Source: a virus
Length of the DNA stretch: 64,000 nucleotides
Strand: one strand, 5' to 3'
Virus record (IMG/VR): IMGVR_UViG_3300025280_000022
Position 1 is the first letter of the stretch, and every line of letters starts with the position of its first letter. This document shows, piece after piece, positions 9,820 to 19,812 of this stretch. The notes beneath the pieces were generated by a model. The model was given only the letters and a program-made list of their open reading frames with translations. It had not been told where the DNA came from and searched no databases. A program made the position numbers and the translations under genes.

Positions 9820-10073
9820 TGAGTAAATTACTATTATCCCTTATCTTCCTTGGGGGTTGCACTACTACCGATTGGAGTGGTAGTTCTACCGAAGTTAAAG
9901 AAGTAGATTATAGATATGAAGTTAGGCGAATAAATAATTTAGTTAATCACCTATTATTTACCTTCCAAACACACGAGGAAGCATACGACTATGTAGTAAA
10001 GCAACCTTCTCCTTATAGTGATTTAATCATACACGACCTTAAAACTGGAGAAACATTTGAGGAAACACCATGA
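9819..10073 (+). CDS. putative lipoprotein
   Basis: LIFLGGC lipobox; domain shared with 685 and 23107. Confidence 0.7.
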   Translation: MSKLLLSLIFLGGCTTTDWSGSSTEVKEVDYRYEVRRINNLVNHLLFTFQTHEEAYDYVVKQPSPYSDLIIHDLKTGETFEETP

Positions 10074-10282
10074 GTAGAGATGTAGAAAAGTTAATCGAAC
10101 AAGAAAATGAACACACCTTGTGGATGCTCCACAATGAGAAAGCGGTTTACGTTCACGTTTATTATTCCCTTGACAAAGACGGCAAACGAGTCTACGATAG
10201 GCAAACAATGAGGGAAGAATTTGAGGAAAACATGGAAACATTAATTTCATTAAATAAACAACGAGAAGACGGAGGTATATAA
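10070..10282 (+). CDS. hypothetical protein
   Basis: ATGA overlap. Confidence 0.6.
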   Translation: MSRDVEKLIEQENEHTLWMLHNEKAVYVHVYYSLDKDGKRVYDRQTMREEFEENMETLISLNKQREDGGI

Positions 10283-10283
10283 A

Positions 10284-10604
10284 ATGAGTAAAAAATATCA
10301 AGTCCCATGTTCATGGCAGATGCACGGCTATGTCGAAGTAGAGGCAGATACTTGGCAAGAGGCAGGAGATAAAGTATCCCATTCCGTAGCACTCCAACAA
10401 AACGCCCGCTCTTATGCAGAAGAAGTGGATTATTCTTTTGAAGTAAATTATGAAATGATGGAAGACGAGGAAGAACTAGAGACTGAAACATATATGAGAT
10501 TCCCAAGAGATTTTGATGGAGCGCATCATGTAAATAATGAACAAGAACGCTTGGACGATTTTAATAAAACAAATAAAGTAGATAAACTACAAGACTTAAT
10601 GTAA
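10284..10604 (+). CDS. hypothetical protein, 'VEVEADT.QEA' family
   Basis: Similar to 8682. Confidence 0.6.
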   Translation: MSKKYQVPCSWQMHGYVEVEADTWQEAGDKVSHSVALQQNARSYAEEVDYSFEVNYEMMEDEEELETETYMRFPRDFDGAHHVNNEQERLDDFNKTNKVDKLQDLM

Positions 10605-10605
10605 A

Positions 10606-10815
10606 ATGAAATTACCAAAAGACTTATCTAAAAAAGAAGTAGTCGAGCATCTTCATAAGATTCTTAATATTAATGTAGCGGATGCGGATTACCCGCTTCC
10701 CCCAAGTTGTGCCAAAAAGATTTTTGAAGATATTTTCGGTAAAGATTGCGATAGAATAATAGCAACCAACCCCGATAACCATGTTTTGTGGCAAGCAAGC
10801 AATGAGCGCAAATAA
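10606..10815 (+). CDS. hypothetical protein
   Basis: ORF track. Confidence 0.55.
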   Translation: MKLPKDLSKKEVVEHLHKILNINVADADYPLPPSCAKKIFEDIFGKDCDRIIATNPDNHVLWQASNERK

Positions 10816-10993
10816 AATCTCTAATTACAAGCAATTTTCGGATAATTACGACAAGATTGATTGGACTAAAAAAATAAAGAAGAAATTTAAAACAAGCTGG
10901 GGAGCAGAATACACACTAGAAATAAAAGAGAAGCCCCCCAAAAAAGACAACACTCCAACCATAGAGGACTTAACAAAGAAAACAAATGAATAA
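10802..10993 (+). CDS. hypothetical protein
   Basis: NYDKIDW motif; ATG 10802. Confidence 0.55.
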   Translation: MSANKISNYKQFSDNYDKIDWTKKIKKKFKTSWGAEYTLEIKEKPPKKDNTPTIEDLTKKTNE

Positions 10994-11390
10994 CTTGCCA
11001 ATATACTATTTAAGAAATAAGGTCTATAAAGATGCTCCTGAAGGAGCAACTATTATTAAGGGTAGCACTAGAGTCAGCGAGCATGAGCGGTTAGGCGATG
11101 GCGTTATCGTGAAAATTCATGCGCTATACGGCAAGCCTCAAGCTAGGCTTTGGGCAAATATATACCCAATAAGTTATCCTCAAACGGCAATTTTTGAAAC
11201 CGCTTGGCATGAAGATAAGCCTTGTTGGTTCACGACTTATTGCACAGGGTCTTTCAGCTTGGAGCAATGGCATCAAATAATAGAGAGTATTCGGCCAGTA
11301 GAGGAATTTCTTATTCGGAAACACGAAGATCAACTCCAGCAATTCTATGCCCCCAAATATGGACAACAAACTTGCAGTCAAGCAGTATAA
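10986..11390 (+). CDS. hypothetical protein
   Basis: ORF track. Confidence 0.6.
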   Translation: MNNLPIYYLRNKVYKDAPEGATIIKGSTRVSEHERLGDGVIVKIHALYGKPQARLWANIYPISYPQTAIFETAWHEDKPCWFTTYCTGSFSLEQWHQIIESIRPVEEFLIRKHEDQLQQFYAPKYGQQTCSQAV

Positions 11391-11580
11391 AATTATTCTC
11401 GATGAAACTGATTTGGAGGTTGTCAGGGAGTTGACCCATGAGTTTAATTACGCATTAGAACATAACCTGCATCTCGCACTTGCGGGTCATGTCAGAAAAG
11501 AAGATGTGCTTCATACCATTTTTAAACAAATAATTAATCAATCAAATAATGAACAAACAGAAAGCGGAGAAGGTTCTTGA
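11347..11580 (+). CDS. hypothetical protein
   Basis: ORF track; start uncertain. Confidence 0.5.
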   Translation: MPPNMDNKLAVKQYKIILDETDLEVVRELTHEFNYALEHNLHLALAGHVRKEDVLHTIFKQIINQSNNEQTESGEGS

Positions 11581-12022
11581 CCTTTGGAGACAATGCAAGG
11601 CAGACTCAAACGGCTGGGATGAAAGCGGAGTAACAAAAAGGACAGACTATAATCTAGCCAAGGAGGTGTTTATAAATCATTTAGAAAACGGAGGATATAA
11701 GTGTATTGGCGATGGGGCATATAAATTAGTTTTCTCAAAGAAAAACCTTGACTTTGTGATAAAGATTTATCATACTGGTTCCATTGATGATAAGGAAGAC
11801 AGACGATTTAAATTAAATAAATATTGGGTAAAGCCCTACTATAAATGCAGTTGTATTTCTATTCAACCAAAAGCAAAAAGAAACGCCAAAAATAAAGCGT
11901 ATAAATTTTTAGAAGAAAGACTAGGCAAAGACTATTGCGAGCTATTTGACGTTCATCCCGATAATGTAGGATGGGTAGATGACAAGCCAGTAATATTCGA
12001 CTATGTGGCTTGCGTAGGATAA
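11549..12022 (+). CDS. minimal protein-kinase-like fold protein
   Basis: IGDGAYKLVF (Gly loop), VIKI, DVHPDNVG (catalytic loop), VIFDY. Confidence 0.65.
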   Translation: MNKQKAEKVLDLWRQCKADSNGWDESGVTKRTDYNLAKEVFINHLENGGYKCIGDGAYKLVFSKKNLDFVIKIYHTGSIDDKEDRRFKLNKYWVKPYYKCSCISIQPKAKRNAKNKAYKFLEERLGKDYCELFDVHPDNVGWVDDKPVIFDYVACVG

Positions 12023-12024
12023 TA

Positions 12025-12486
12025 ATGAATATATTTGTATTAGATGAAGACCCAGTAATATCAGCGCAACAGGCTTGCGACAAGCACGTTGTTAAAATGA
12101 TACTTGAATCAGCGCAAATGTTATGCGCTGTTTTTCCTCAAGGCGAGGCCCCATACAAACGAACTCACTACAATCATCCTTGCACCAAGTGGATTAGGGA
12201 ATCGGTAGATAATTATGAATGGTTATTGACCCATGCTTATGCTCTTATGGATGAATACCTTCATCGTTACGGCAAGTTGCATAAATCTTTAGATGCGATT
12301 GCGTTTTGTGACGATAACTACCATAAACTTAACCTCTCAAATAAAGGCTTGACTCCTTTCGCTCAAGCGATGCCAGAAGATTACAAAAATCGCAATGCAG
12401 TTAAGGCGTATAGAACTTATTATATTAATGATAAGAAATATTTTGCCAAATGGACAAAAAGAAATACACCATCATGGTTTAAATAA
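12025..12486 (+). CDS. pyrimidine-dimer DNA glycosylase / DenV-related family protein
   Basis: MNIFVLD...DKHVVKMILESAQML, H.NHPCTKW, TPFAQAMP, AYRTYY. Confidence 0.8.
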   Translation: MNIFVLDEDPVISAQQACDKHVVKMILESAQMLCAVFPQGEAPYKRTHYNHPCTKWIRESVDNYEWLLTHAYALMDEYLHRYGKLHKSLDAIAFCDDNYHKLNLSNKGLTPFAQAMPEDYKNRNAVKAYRTYYINDKKYFAKWTKRNTPSWFK

Positions 12487-12810
12487 ATGTTTGTGCTTAA
12501 ATCCAGAATATATCTTGTATATAATTTATTTTGTGGGGCGCACTTCATTCAAGCGGATGACTTGTCGCCTGTCCTGCCAAATATAAAACCGCTGGAAGGC
12601 GAGCCAAATAATGTGGCTGTATCGTTACCGACCTTGGATATTAATTTTACAGAGGATGAGTTAGCTGAAGCCAAAAAAGCTGGCGATTACTTTTTTATCA
12701 AGGACAACAAGGGAGTTAAGCGCAAAATAATATTTTTAAAACTAGAAAATATGCTGGCCTCACACCGCTCTACCGCTAGGAGCGAGAGGGATTCTTCTTT
12801 TTTCTCTTGA
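12487..12810 (+). CDS. hypothetical protein
   Basis: ORF track. Confidence 0.4.
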   Translation: MFVLKSRIYLVYNLFCGAHFIQADDLSPVLPNIKPLEGEPNNVAVSLPTLDINFTEDELAEAKKAGDYFFIKDNKGVKRKIIFLKLENMLASHRSTARSERDSSFFS

Positions 12811-12846
12811 CATTCTTCCTCCATGCTTTAGACTGGATTACAGAAA

Positions 12847-14028
12847 ATGAAAAAATTACCTATATTATACAAATTGGACTCGAAGGGCAAAACCAGAGAA
12901 TGGACTATTTGTTCTGACGCAAATGAATTTTGGAGCGCACAAGGAATTGTGGGCATGAAGATACGCCAGAATAATCCTACTGTCTGCGAAGGCAAAAATA
13001 TTGGGCGCAGTAACGAAACCACTCCCGAAGAACAAGCGGAATTAGAGGCTCAAGCGAAGTGGGAAAAGAAGCGCAAGGATGGTTACACCCAAGATATTGA
13101 CCAAGTAAAACAAAAAAAGTTTTATGAACCTATGTTGGCGCAGGATTTTAAGAAGCGAGAAAAGGAATTAGTTTATCCCCTATATTCTCAACCCAAACTA
13201 GATGGGGTAAGGTGCATCATCCGAAAAGAGGGGGATAAGATTATCGCTCGCACTCGCAAGGGTAGGGTAATTGATTCCATTCCCCATATCAGCGAAGGAT
13301 TGCAGGGGTTTTTCTTGGCTTATCCAGATTCCATTTTAGATGGAGAACTTTATAACCATGAATATAGAAATAATTTTAATGCTATAATTTCTTTAGTGAG
13401 AAAGCAAAAGCCTGTTCGCACTAAAACGGATAGCGATGAATCTTTCGATAAAAAAGAAAAGGCGTGGAAGAAGGCGTTGCTCCAAAGCGCAGGGAAAGTA
13501 GAATATTGGGTTTATGATTCCCCTCGTATAGATTTTTTGAGAGAAAACCATTATTTTACAGTTCGTAGGGCGCATTTAGAAGAGCATCTAGGCCATGTCT
13601 CTAACAAGAGCATCCAACTCCTAGAAACCTCGGAAGCGTGGAGCAAACAAGCGTTAGATGCTAACTATGAAGATTATCTTGGACGAGAGTTTGAGGGACA
13701 AATAATTAGACAGGACGAGAGTTACGAATCCAAGAGAAGTAAATACTTATTAAAACGCAAAGAGTTCCAAGATGCTGAATACAAGGTGCTTGACATAGAA
13801 GAAGGAAATGGTAATCGCCAAGGAACCGCAAAGCATCTAGCGTGTTTCTGCGAGAAAACGCAAAAGACATTTAATTCTAATATAAAAGGAACTTTTGAAT
13901 ACTTAAAAGAAATCTTGGAAAATAAGGAGGATTACATTGGCAAATATGCTACAATTAAATTCTTTCAATTAACTCCAGACGGAATCCCAAGATTTCCTTA
14001 TGCGATAGCTTTTCGAGATTACGAATGA
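12847..14028 (+). CDS. ATP-dependent DNA ligase (copy 1)
   Basis: Motif I PKLDGVRC, LDGELY, EGQIIR, LLKRK, PRFP. Confidence 0.93.
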   Translation: MKKLPILYKLDSKGKTREWTICSDANEFWSAQGIVGMKIRQNNPTVCEGKNIGRSNETTPEEQAELEAQAKWEKKRKDGYTQDIDQVKQKKFYEPMLAQDFKKREKELVYPLYSQPKLDGVRCIIRKEGDKIIARTRKGRVIDSIPHISEGLQGFFLAYPDSILDGELYNHEYRNNFNAIISLVRKQKPVRTKTDSDESFDKKEKAWKKALLQSAGKVEYWVYDSPRIDFLRENHYFTVRRAHLEEHLGHVSNKSIQLLETSEAWSKQALDANYEDYLGREFEGQIIRQDESYESKRSKYLLKRKEFQDAEYKVLDIEEGNGNRQGTAKHLACFCEKTQKTFNSNIKGTFEYLKEILENKEDYIGKYATIKFFQLTPDGIPRFPYAIAFRDYE

Positions 14029-14222
14029 AATTAAATAAAAGCTATGACCGCCTTACGCAAGCCTTGTCGATTGCAATGCAAGAGGCTGACGATTATGGCG
14101 AGGAAGGCATCAAGGAGATGCTGGCACTCATTATGGAATTTTATCTCAATGACGAAGAAAGAAAGTTCCATAAATTTTTCTGTGAAATTATAGACCGCTA
14201 CAAGCGGAGAAAACATTTTTAA
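14025..14222 (+). CDS. hypothetical protein
   Basis: ATGA overlap. Confidence 0.55.
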   Translation: MKLNKSYDRLTQALSIAMQEADDYGEEGIKEMLALIMEFYLNDEERKFHKFFCEIIDRYKRRKHF

Positions 14223-14266
14223 ATTTTTTAGTTGACATTTGCCCAAAAATGCTTTTGAATGGTTGC

Positions 14267-15022
14267 ATGATGAAAATTGCAAAGATAATAGATTCGTTAT
14301 TCGTTGACCCGAAACTGGAAGCCCAACTTATTCTTCCCTTTGAGGAGTTTCGACCTGTTCGCAAAAAGAAGGAACTAACACTTGATTCTTTTATTGATGG
14401 CTTGACCTATGGAAAAGTCAAAGAGGGAACCGAATATTGGGAAGGTATTAAAGTAAAAAATGATGTAGATTATTTTAAGCGTTGGATTTTTGCTTTTTGT
14501 AGCATCCATACGACTTGGGAAAACAACGTCAGAGGTTACAATGCTTTAACTCAAGATTTGTCTTGGACTATTTCCAAGAAGCGTCTTATGGAGATAATTA
14601 AAAATAGCTCATTAGGCTTGACAAGTATGCGCTATAAGGCACTTTGGGACTTTACTCGTAAGTTTCGGGCTAATCCCAAACAGTTTTATAAGAAAAACAA
14701 TGAAACTTGGCAGGAATGTCGCAACAGGCTCTCTAAAGAAACTTATGGAATTGGCTTGGCAAAGACTTCCTTTGTTCTTAATTTAAGTTTCCCTGTTGAA
14801 GCGTCTGTATGTTGCTTGGATGTTCACTTGCTCCGCTTCCTTGGTTGGGATGTAAAGAAGAAAGGGACTCCATCGCTGGTTCGTTATGAAGAACTTGAGC
14901 AAAAATGGCTTGACAAGTGCGAGGAACATGGGCTGGGCTATGGAGTAGTGAGAGAATTATATTGGAACAAGATTCAAGGTAAGCGCAACAGTCGCTACTG
15001 GTCATATTGCTTGGAGAAATAA
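14267..15022 (+). CDS. HhH-GPD superfamily DNA glycosylase (Ogg-like)
   Basis: HhH YGIGLAKTSF, then CLDVHLLRFL with the catalytic Asp; leaderless promoter TTGACA(14232). Confidence 0.7.
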   Translation: MMKIAKIIDSLFVDPKLEAQLILPFEEFRPVRKKKELTLDSFIDGLTYGKVKEGTEYWEGIKVKNDVDYFKRWIFAFCSIHTTWENNVRGYNALTQDLSWTISKKRLMEIIKNSSLGLTSMRYKALWDFTRKFRANPKQFYKKNNETWQECRNRLSKETYGIGLAKTSFVLNLSFPVEASVCCLDVHLLRFLGWDVKKKGTPSLVRYEELEQKWLDKCEEHGLGYGVVRELYWNKIQGKRNSRYWSYCLEK

Positions 15023-15023
15023 A

Positions 15024-15230
15024 ATGTTTACAAAATCTGCAAATTGGTTTAGACAGGAACTCTGGAAGCATCGTAATTTCCAGCAAGGTGATACCCTTGC
15101 AGGTTTAGACGAATCAGATTTGGAGTGGCTTACGAAACAAATACTCGAAAAAAATAATTCAGTTAACTTAATTATCTTGAGAGACAAGGACGATTGTCAC
15201 ATAACTGTAAAGATAAAAGAATTAAACTAA
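15024..15230 (+). CDS. hypothetical protein
   Basis: ORF track. Confidence 0.55.
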   Translation: MFTKSANWFRQELWKHRNFQQGDTLAGLDESDLEWLTKQILEKNNSVNLIILRDKDDCHITVKIKELN

Positions 15231-15401
15231 TATGAATATAGAGGAAGCACTTAAAGTATTAGACAAAGAAGTGAAGCGGTACTGGGCGTTTCCTGCGAGT
15301 AAAGATAGTTCCGCAAAAATAATAATGGCAGTAGAAACAGTTAATTCTTGGGTTCAAGCTGTTAAGGATAAGATGAACGCTCCAATGGAGGATGAATATT
15401 A

Positions 15402-15635
15402 ATGGAAATAGCAGAAGCCGTTACAAAAGTTTTAGAGTCTTGCGATGCCTATGCAAGTTATTTAGATGACGCATTAAAGCATACTCCTTATTCTAAAGCT
15501 GGAACAAAGATAGATGAAATAAGGGAAGCGACAAATATGGTTGAGTCTTATTTTGTTAATGAAACAAAAGTATTTGATTACTCGACTACGGAAGGCTGTA
15601 TCCAACAAACCCAAGGACACAACAAAGAAGAATGA
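15402..15635 (+). CDS. hypothetical protein
   Basis: ORF track. Confidence 0.55.
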   Translation: MEIAEAVTKVLESCDAYASYLDDALKHTPYSKAGTKIDEIREATNMVESYFVNETKVFDYSTTEGCIQQTQGHNKEE

Positions 15636-15850
15636 AGGATATTATAAAAAAAGTTTTAGAAGCAAACCAAGATATTAATATGGCAAGCGAATATGCCAGA
15701 GAATATTTAGCAGAAGAAATAGAGAAAGAAGTTCAGTCTACTGTTAATAGAATCTTTATGGAAGAATATGAATTAATTAGGATTTGGGCATCCAATCGTG
15801 AAACACGATATGCACAATTTCTCAATAACAAGCAACCTTTCCCTTTTTAA
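15632..15850 (+). CDS. hypothetical protein
   Basis: ATGA overlap. Confidence 0.55.
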   Translation: MKDIIKKVLEANQDINMASEYAREYLAEEIEKEVQSTVNRIFMEEYELIRIWASNRETRYAQFLNNKQPFPF

Positions 15851-15851
15851 A

Positions 15852-16151
15852 ATGAATAAAGCTAAAATTATAGATGACTTTGCCGATAGGCATGAAGATG
15901 AAGAAATCCTGCGAGCAGATGGATTAGACGAGGCTTGTATTGGCTGGACAGATTCATGGAATGGACAGAGCCGAAATATGCGGTTGGTTTATGATGCAGG
16001 AGAAGTTATAAAAATTTTTCAAGAAAGAGATGGAATGTCTTATGAGGATGCCGTAGAGTTTTATGATTATAATGTCGCAGGAGCATACGCTGGAGAAAGC
16101 ACCCCTATTTTTATCAATAGTATTGACGATACATTAGAGTATGTTATGTAG
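15852..16151 (+). CDS. conserved phage hypothetical protein
   Basis: ADGLDEACIG...VYD...DGMSYEDAVEFYDYNV.GAY.GE.TPIF pattern. Confidence 0.75.
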   Translation: MNKAKIIDDFADRHEDEEILRADGLDEACIGWTDSWNGQSRNMRLVYDAGEVIKIFQERDGMSYEDAVEFYDYNVAGAYAGESTPIFINSIDDTLEYVM

Positions 16152-16170
16152 CAAAAGTGTAATATAATGT

Positions 16171-16428
16171 ATGGAAGCCTCCAAACACTACGAGTCAATA
16201 AAGTTTTATATTAAACGCTTACAAGACATCAAGCGAAATTTATTAAAATATAAAACCGAATACTTTCCCGAAAGAGTAAGGAGTCTACTTATATCCTACA
16301 AATTTACCATTGGCAAAATTATTAAACATAGCGACACTTATTTAAGAATAGAAAAAGATAATTGGGAAAAGCTAGAAGAAGTCGCACGAATATCAAAAAA
16401 ATATAAAGAGTTCTTAACTACATTATAA
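16171..16428 (+). CDS. hypothetical protein
   Basis: Preceded by GTGTAAT motif at 16157. Confidence 0.55.
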   Translation: MEASKHYESIKFYIKRLQDIKRNLLKYKTEYFPERVRSLLISYKFTIGKIIKHSDTYLRIEKDNWEKLEEVARISKKYKEFLTTL

Positions 16429-16431
16429 ATA

Positions 16432-16830
16432 ATGAATAATTACAATCAGCCAAATCTCCCACATCCTGTTAAGTGGTTAGTTAATACTATAACAAAAGGT
16501 ATGCAGGTAGACCATTTACCTAAATGCAAGGCAGAGGATTATCCTGACGATACATTTGTAATTAGGTTATCGCAGATCAAAGCGAAGCGTAAGACAGCGC
16601 AAGTAATTTACAATGGGCATACCCAAACCCATTATCATCCACCAACCCAATGGAATCCAAGTGGTCACTCTTATTCTTATCGCCCAAAGTCAGTAACGAA
16701 TATTACTTATAGCAATGACCGCAAGGATTATGTTTTTTCTTGGGGAAGTGGTGGAGAAATGGATGATAGCGAATTTTATTCTTTTTTTCAGTTGGCTAAC
16801 TCGGTGAAAGATTTCTTAAAAAAGATTTGA
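16432..16830 (+). CDS. hypothetical protein
   Basis: ORF track. Confidence 0.6.
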   Translation: MNNYNQPNLPHPVKWLVNTITKGMQVDHLPKCKAEDYPDDTFVIRLSQIKAKRKTAQVIYNGHTQTHYHPPTQWNPSGHSYSYRPKSVTNITYSNDRKDYVFSWGSGGEMDDSEFYSFFQLANSVKDFLKKI

Positions 16831-16860
16831 CATTCCCTAAAAATCTGTCAGACTTATTAC

Positions 16861-17392
16861 ATGATCAACAAAGAATTTCTTAAAAAAGGCATTGGGGCGC
16901 AGGTTCGTATTTGTTGACTGTGGTTACTTTTCATCGCCTTCCAGTAATCCCATAAAAGCTGGAAACTTTATTTTAAATACAATGAGTAAGAAAAAAACTA
17001 TGCGATATAGGATAAGGGAAAATCAGCCTGACCTATACAACAAAACTTATTCTGTTGATGAAGAAATAATCGAAGGTGGAACTAATGGCTACGATGGACA
17101 CATTAACGATATAAAAAGAATCAAGATAAAGAAGGACGACCTAACTAATCTTATAATTTTTGCCGTGGAGCAAGGTATTTTAACTGAACAGAAAAAACAG
17201 AAAAGACAACAATACAATAAATTGAAGTTAGCTCCACAACATTTTCCGAAAAATAAACGGCTAGAGGCAGAACTATTTAGTCCAGCAGATGCTTATGAGG
17301 CAACCTTGTCAGAGCCAGCGAAAGCACGGCTCAAGGCAACAGGATCGGCAAAGCAAATAGCTTCACCGAGCATTGCCGACACACCTTTTTGA
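16861..17392 (+). CDS. hypothetical protein; 5' end possibly frameshifted (or starts at ATG 16982)
   Basis: Promoter-proximal ATG 16861 is +1 out of frame with the long ORF across an A6 run. Confidence 0.5.
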
Positions 17393-17476
17393 AAAAAATT
17401 AAAAAAGTCCTTGACTTTCCCTCCAGACCTGTCAGACTTGAGGAAGATTAAGATTAAAAACTGAAATTAAAAAAAC

Positions 17477-19732
17477 ATGATTGCTACACAAAAGACACAC
17501 ACATTAGTTCGCTCACATGACTTTGAGGAATCCGAATTTGGTATTGACCAAGAGGACATTTCCTTTGTCATTGATTTGCTACGAAATCAAATTTATTCCA
17601 ATAAGCCTTTGGCAGTTATTCGGGAATATACCACAAATGCCATAGACGCTCATGCGGAAGTTGGCAAGCCCGATTTGCCAGTTAAGGTAACTTTACCTAC
17701 AAAGTTTGAGCCAACCTTTAAGGTTAGGGATTATGGAACTGGATTAACGGATGAAGAAATTCGTAATCTTTATACTCGTTATTGTAAGTCCACCAAACGT
17801 AATTCTAACGCATTTACTGGACAATTAGGCATTGGATGTAAGGCAGGATTTGCCTATGGAGACAATTTTGGCGTTATCTCATACAATAATGGGACAAAAA
17901 ATTCTTACAACGCCCAAATTGATGAATCATCTAAAGGCAAAATTATTCTTATGGATTCATCTCCCACAACCGAAAAGGATGGCATGGAAATTGTCATATC
18001 GGTAGCAGATAATGACGTAGATACGTTTAGGGAAGAATCGCTTAAATTATTTCGTTATTTTAAACTCACTCCCGACATTAAAAATCTAGGCGAGGATAAA
18101 ATAGAAGAAAAATCTGTTGCATTAAGTGGTGAGTGCTGGAAACTTTACGAAGAAGAAGGCAATGGTAGTAGTTATAGCTATTATCATCGTCAGCGTAATT
18201 ATGGAAGTCGTAATCAGACGATTGCCATTATGGGCAATATCGGCTACCCTATTGACCATAACTCTATTCAGAATCTTGACGGCAAGTATCAAGACATTCT
18301 TTGTCTGGACAACTTGTGGGTCGAATTTGATATTGGAGAGTTAAATATTTCTCCTAGTCGTGAAGGCTTGGAATATACCAAGCGCACTCAACAGGCAATT
18401 AAAGACAAAATTGAAGTTATTAAAACCGACTTGGAGAAAATTGCACAAGAAAAGTTGGGCGATGCATCTGACTATTATGAAGCGAAGTGCAACTATGCGT
18501 CTATTGTTAATAGCTTGCCATACTCTATTCAAGAGGTCTTGAAGGGTAGTTTTAAGTGGAAGGGAATTAATATTGATAGCCCAGTTATCAATAAGCCAAG
18601 GACTGATTGGCAAACTCCAGAAATAACAATTCGTCATTACTGGAAGGAAGATGATTCCGCAAATACAGATGGGTTTAAAGTCAAAAGTAAACTTGTAGAC
18701 AGGTTCACTTGCCACAAAGATAATTTGCTTGCGATTAACGATTGTCCTTCAAATCATGGCTTGGCATTAAAAGCTAGGACTTTATTTAAAGAAAATTCTG
18801 ATGCAAACAATGTATATATGATTTGGTTCAGAGATTCAGCTTGGAAGAAAAAGTTTTATGATGAGCATGAGTTTAATAAGGTTGACGATAATCGTATAAA
18901 TTATTTCTCAAAGGTGGATAAGTCTAAAAGTGGATATGTTTCCGCTGGTGGAGCATCTAAACTTGGCGCAGGTTCTCGTCAGCACGTTAAAATGTTTCAA
19001 CTCAAGGATGATGGTGAAAGTAGAACAGACCAAAATAATTGGGATGACCTTGACAAAGATGACGTTCCAACTGAAGGCATTTATGTTCCTATCTTACGTT
19101 ATGGCATTGTGGATGCAACAGATAAGAAGGTTATGGATACAATGGATATTGTTAATTTCCTAAAATCATCCGTAGTCAAGGATAAGTTGCAAATAAAAGT
19201 TTATGGAGTTAGGCGCAAGGACGTTGAAAAGCTAGACGATTCTAAATGGACACATTTTAAAGTTTGGTTGAAGCAAAATCTTGATAAGGTTATTACGCCC
19301 GAACTCTGGCAGAGATACGCCAACGAAAGGTCTATGTCTGCAATCGCTAATTTAAATTACATTAATTGCGAGAAGTTTATAGAGCAATGCAAGAAGCACT
19401 TGGATGATTCCCATATTCTAATGAGGGCTATTAAATACTTGCCTCCCATGCAGAATGGAAATTATGTCCACGCTACCTTAAATAAGGTTCAGTATTTGCT
19501 TACTTATCTTCTTGGGATTGATAGGGATGCTTATAGCCATGAGTGGTCGAAGAAACAGCAGGAACCCTACAAGCCAGAACTCACCAAGGAGATGATTGAA
19601 AAGAATATTGATTCAAATTATCCCATGATGGAAATGATTGAATTTTACGGCTGGAGATTTTCCTCTGACAATGCAGAGAAGGTAGTCAATTACATCAAAC
19701 AAACTGATGAATTAAACTCAACAAAAGTGTAA
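17477..19732 (+). CDS. rIIA: rIIA-like protein (GHKL/HATPase N-terminal domain)
   Basis: IYSNKPLAVIREYTTNAIDAH, VRDYGTGL, GQLGIGCK, ISPSREGLEY; followed by rIIB-like gene. Confidence 0.88.
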   Translation: MIATQKTHTLVRSHDFEESEFGIDQEDISFVIDLLRNQIYSNKPLAVIREYTTNAIDAHAEVGKPDLPVKVTLPTKFEPTFKVRDYGTGLTDEEIRNLYTRYCKSTKRNSNAFTGQLGIGCKAGFAYGDNFGVISYNNGTKNSYNAQIDESSKGKIILMDSSPTTEKDGMEIVISVADNDVDTFREESLKLFRYFKLTPDIKNLGEDKIEEKSVALSGECWKLYEEEGNGSSYSYYHRQRNYGSRNQTIAIMGNIGYPIDHNSIQNLDGKYQDILCLDNLWVEFDIGELNISPSREGLEYTKRTQQAIKDKIEVIKTDLEKIAQEKLGDASDYYEAKCNYASIVNSLPYSIQEVLKGSFKWKGINIDSPVINKPRTDWQTPEITIRHYWKEDDSANTDGFKVKSKLVDRFTCHKDNLLAINDCPSNHGLALKARTLFKENSDANNVYMIWFRDSAWKKKFYDEHEFNKVDDNRINYFSKVDKSKSGYVSAGGASKLGAGSRQHVKMFQLKDDGESRTDQNNWDDLDKDDVPTEGIYVPILRYGIVDATDKKVMDTMDIVNFLKSSVVKDKLQIKVYGVRRKDVEKLDDSKWTHFKVWLKQNLDKVITPELWQRYANERSMSAIANLNYINCEKFIEQCKKHLDDSHILMRAIKYLPPMQNGNYVHATLNKVQYLLTYLLGIDRDAYSHEWSKKQQEPYKPELTKEMIEKNIDSNYPMMEMIEFYGWRFSSDNAEKVVNYIKQTDELNSTKV

Positions 19733-19812
19733 TTATTATCGGAAAGTTCTTGACAGATCGACAAACATTTAGTAGAATATTATCATACAAAATCAGAAAA
19801 GGAAAAAACATT

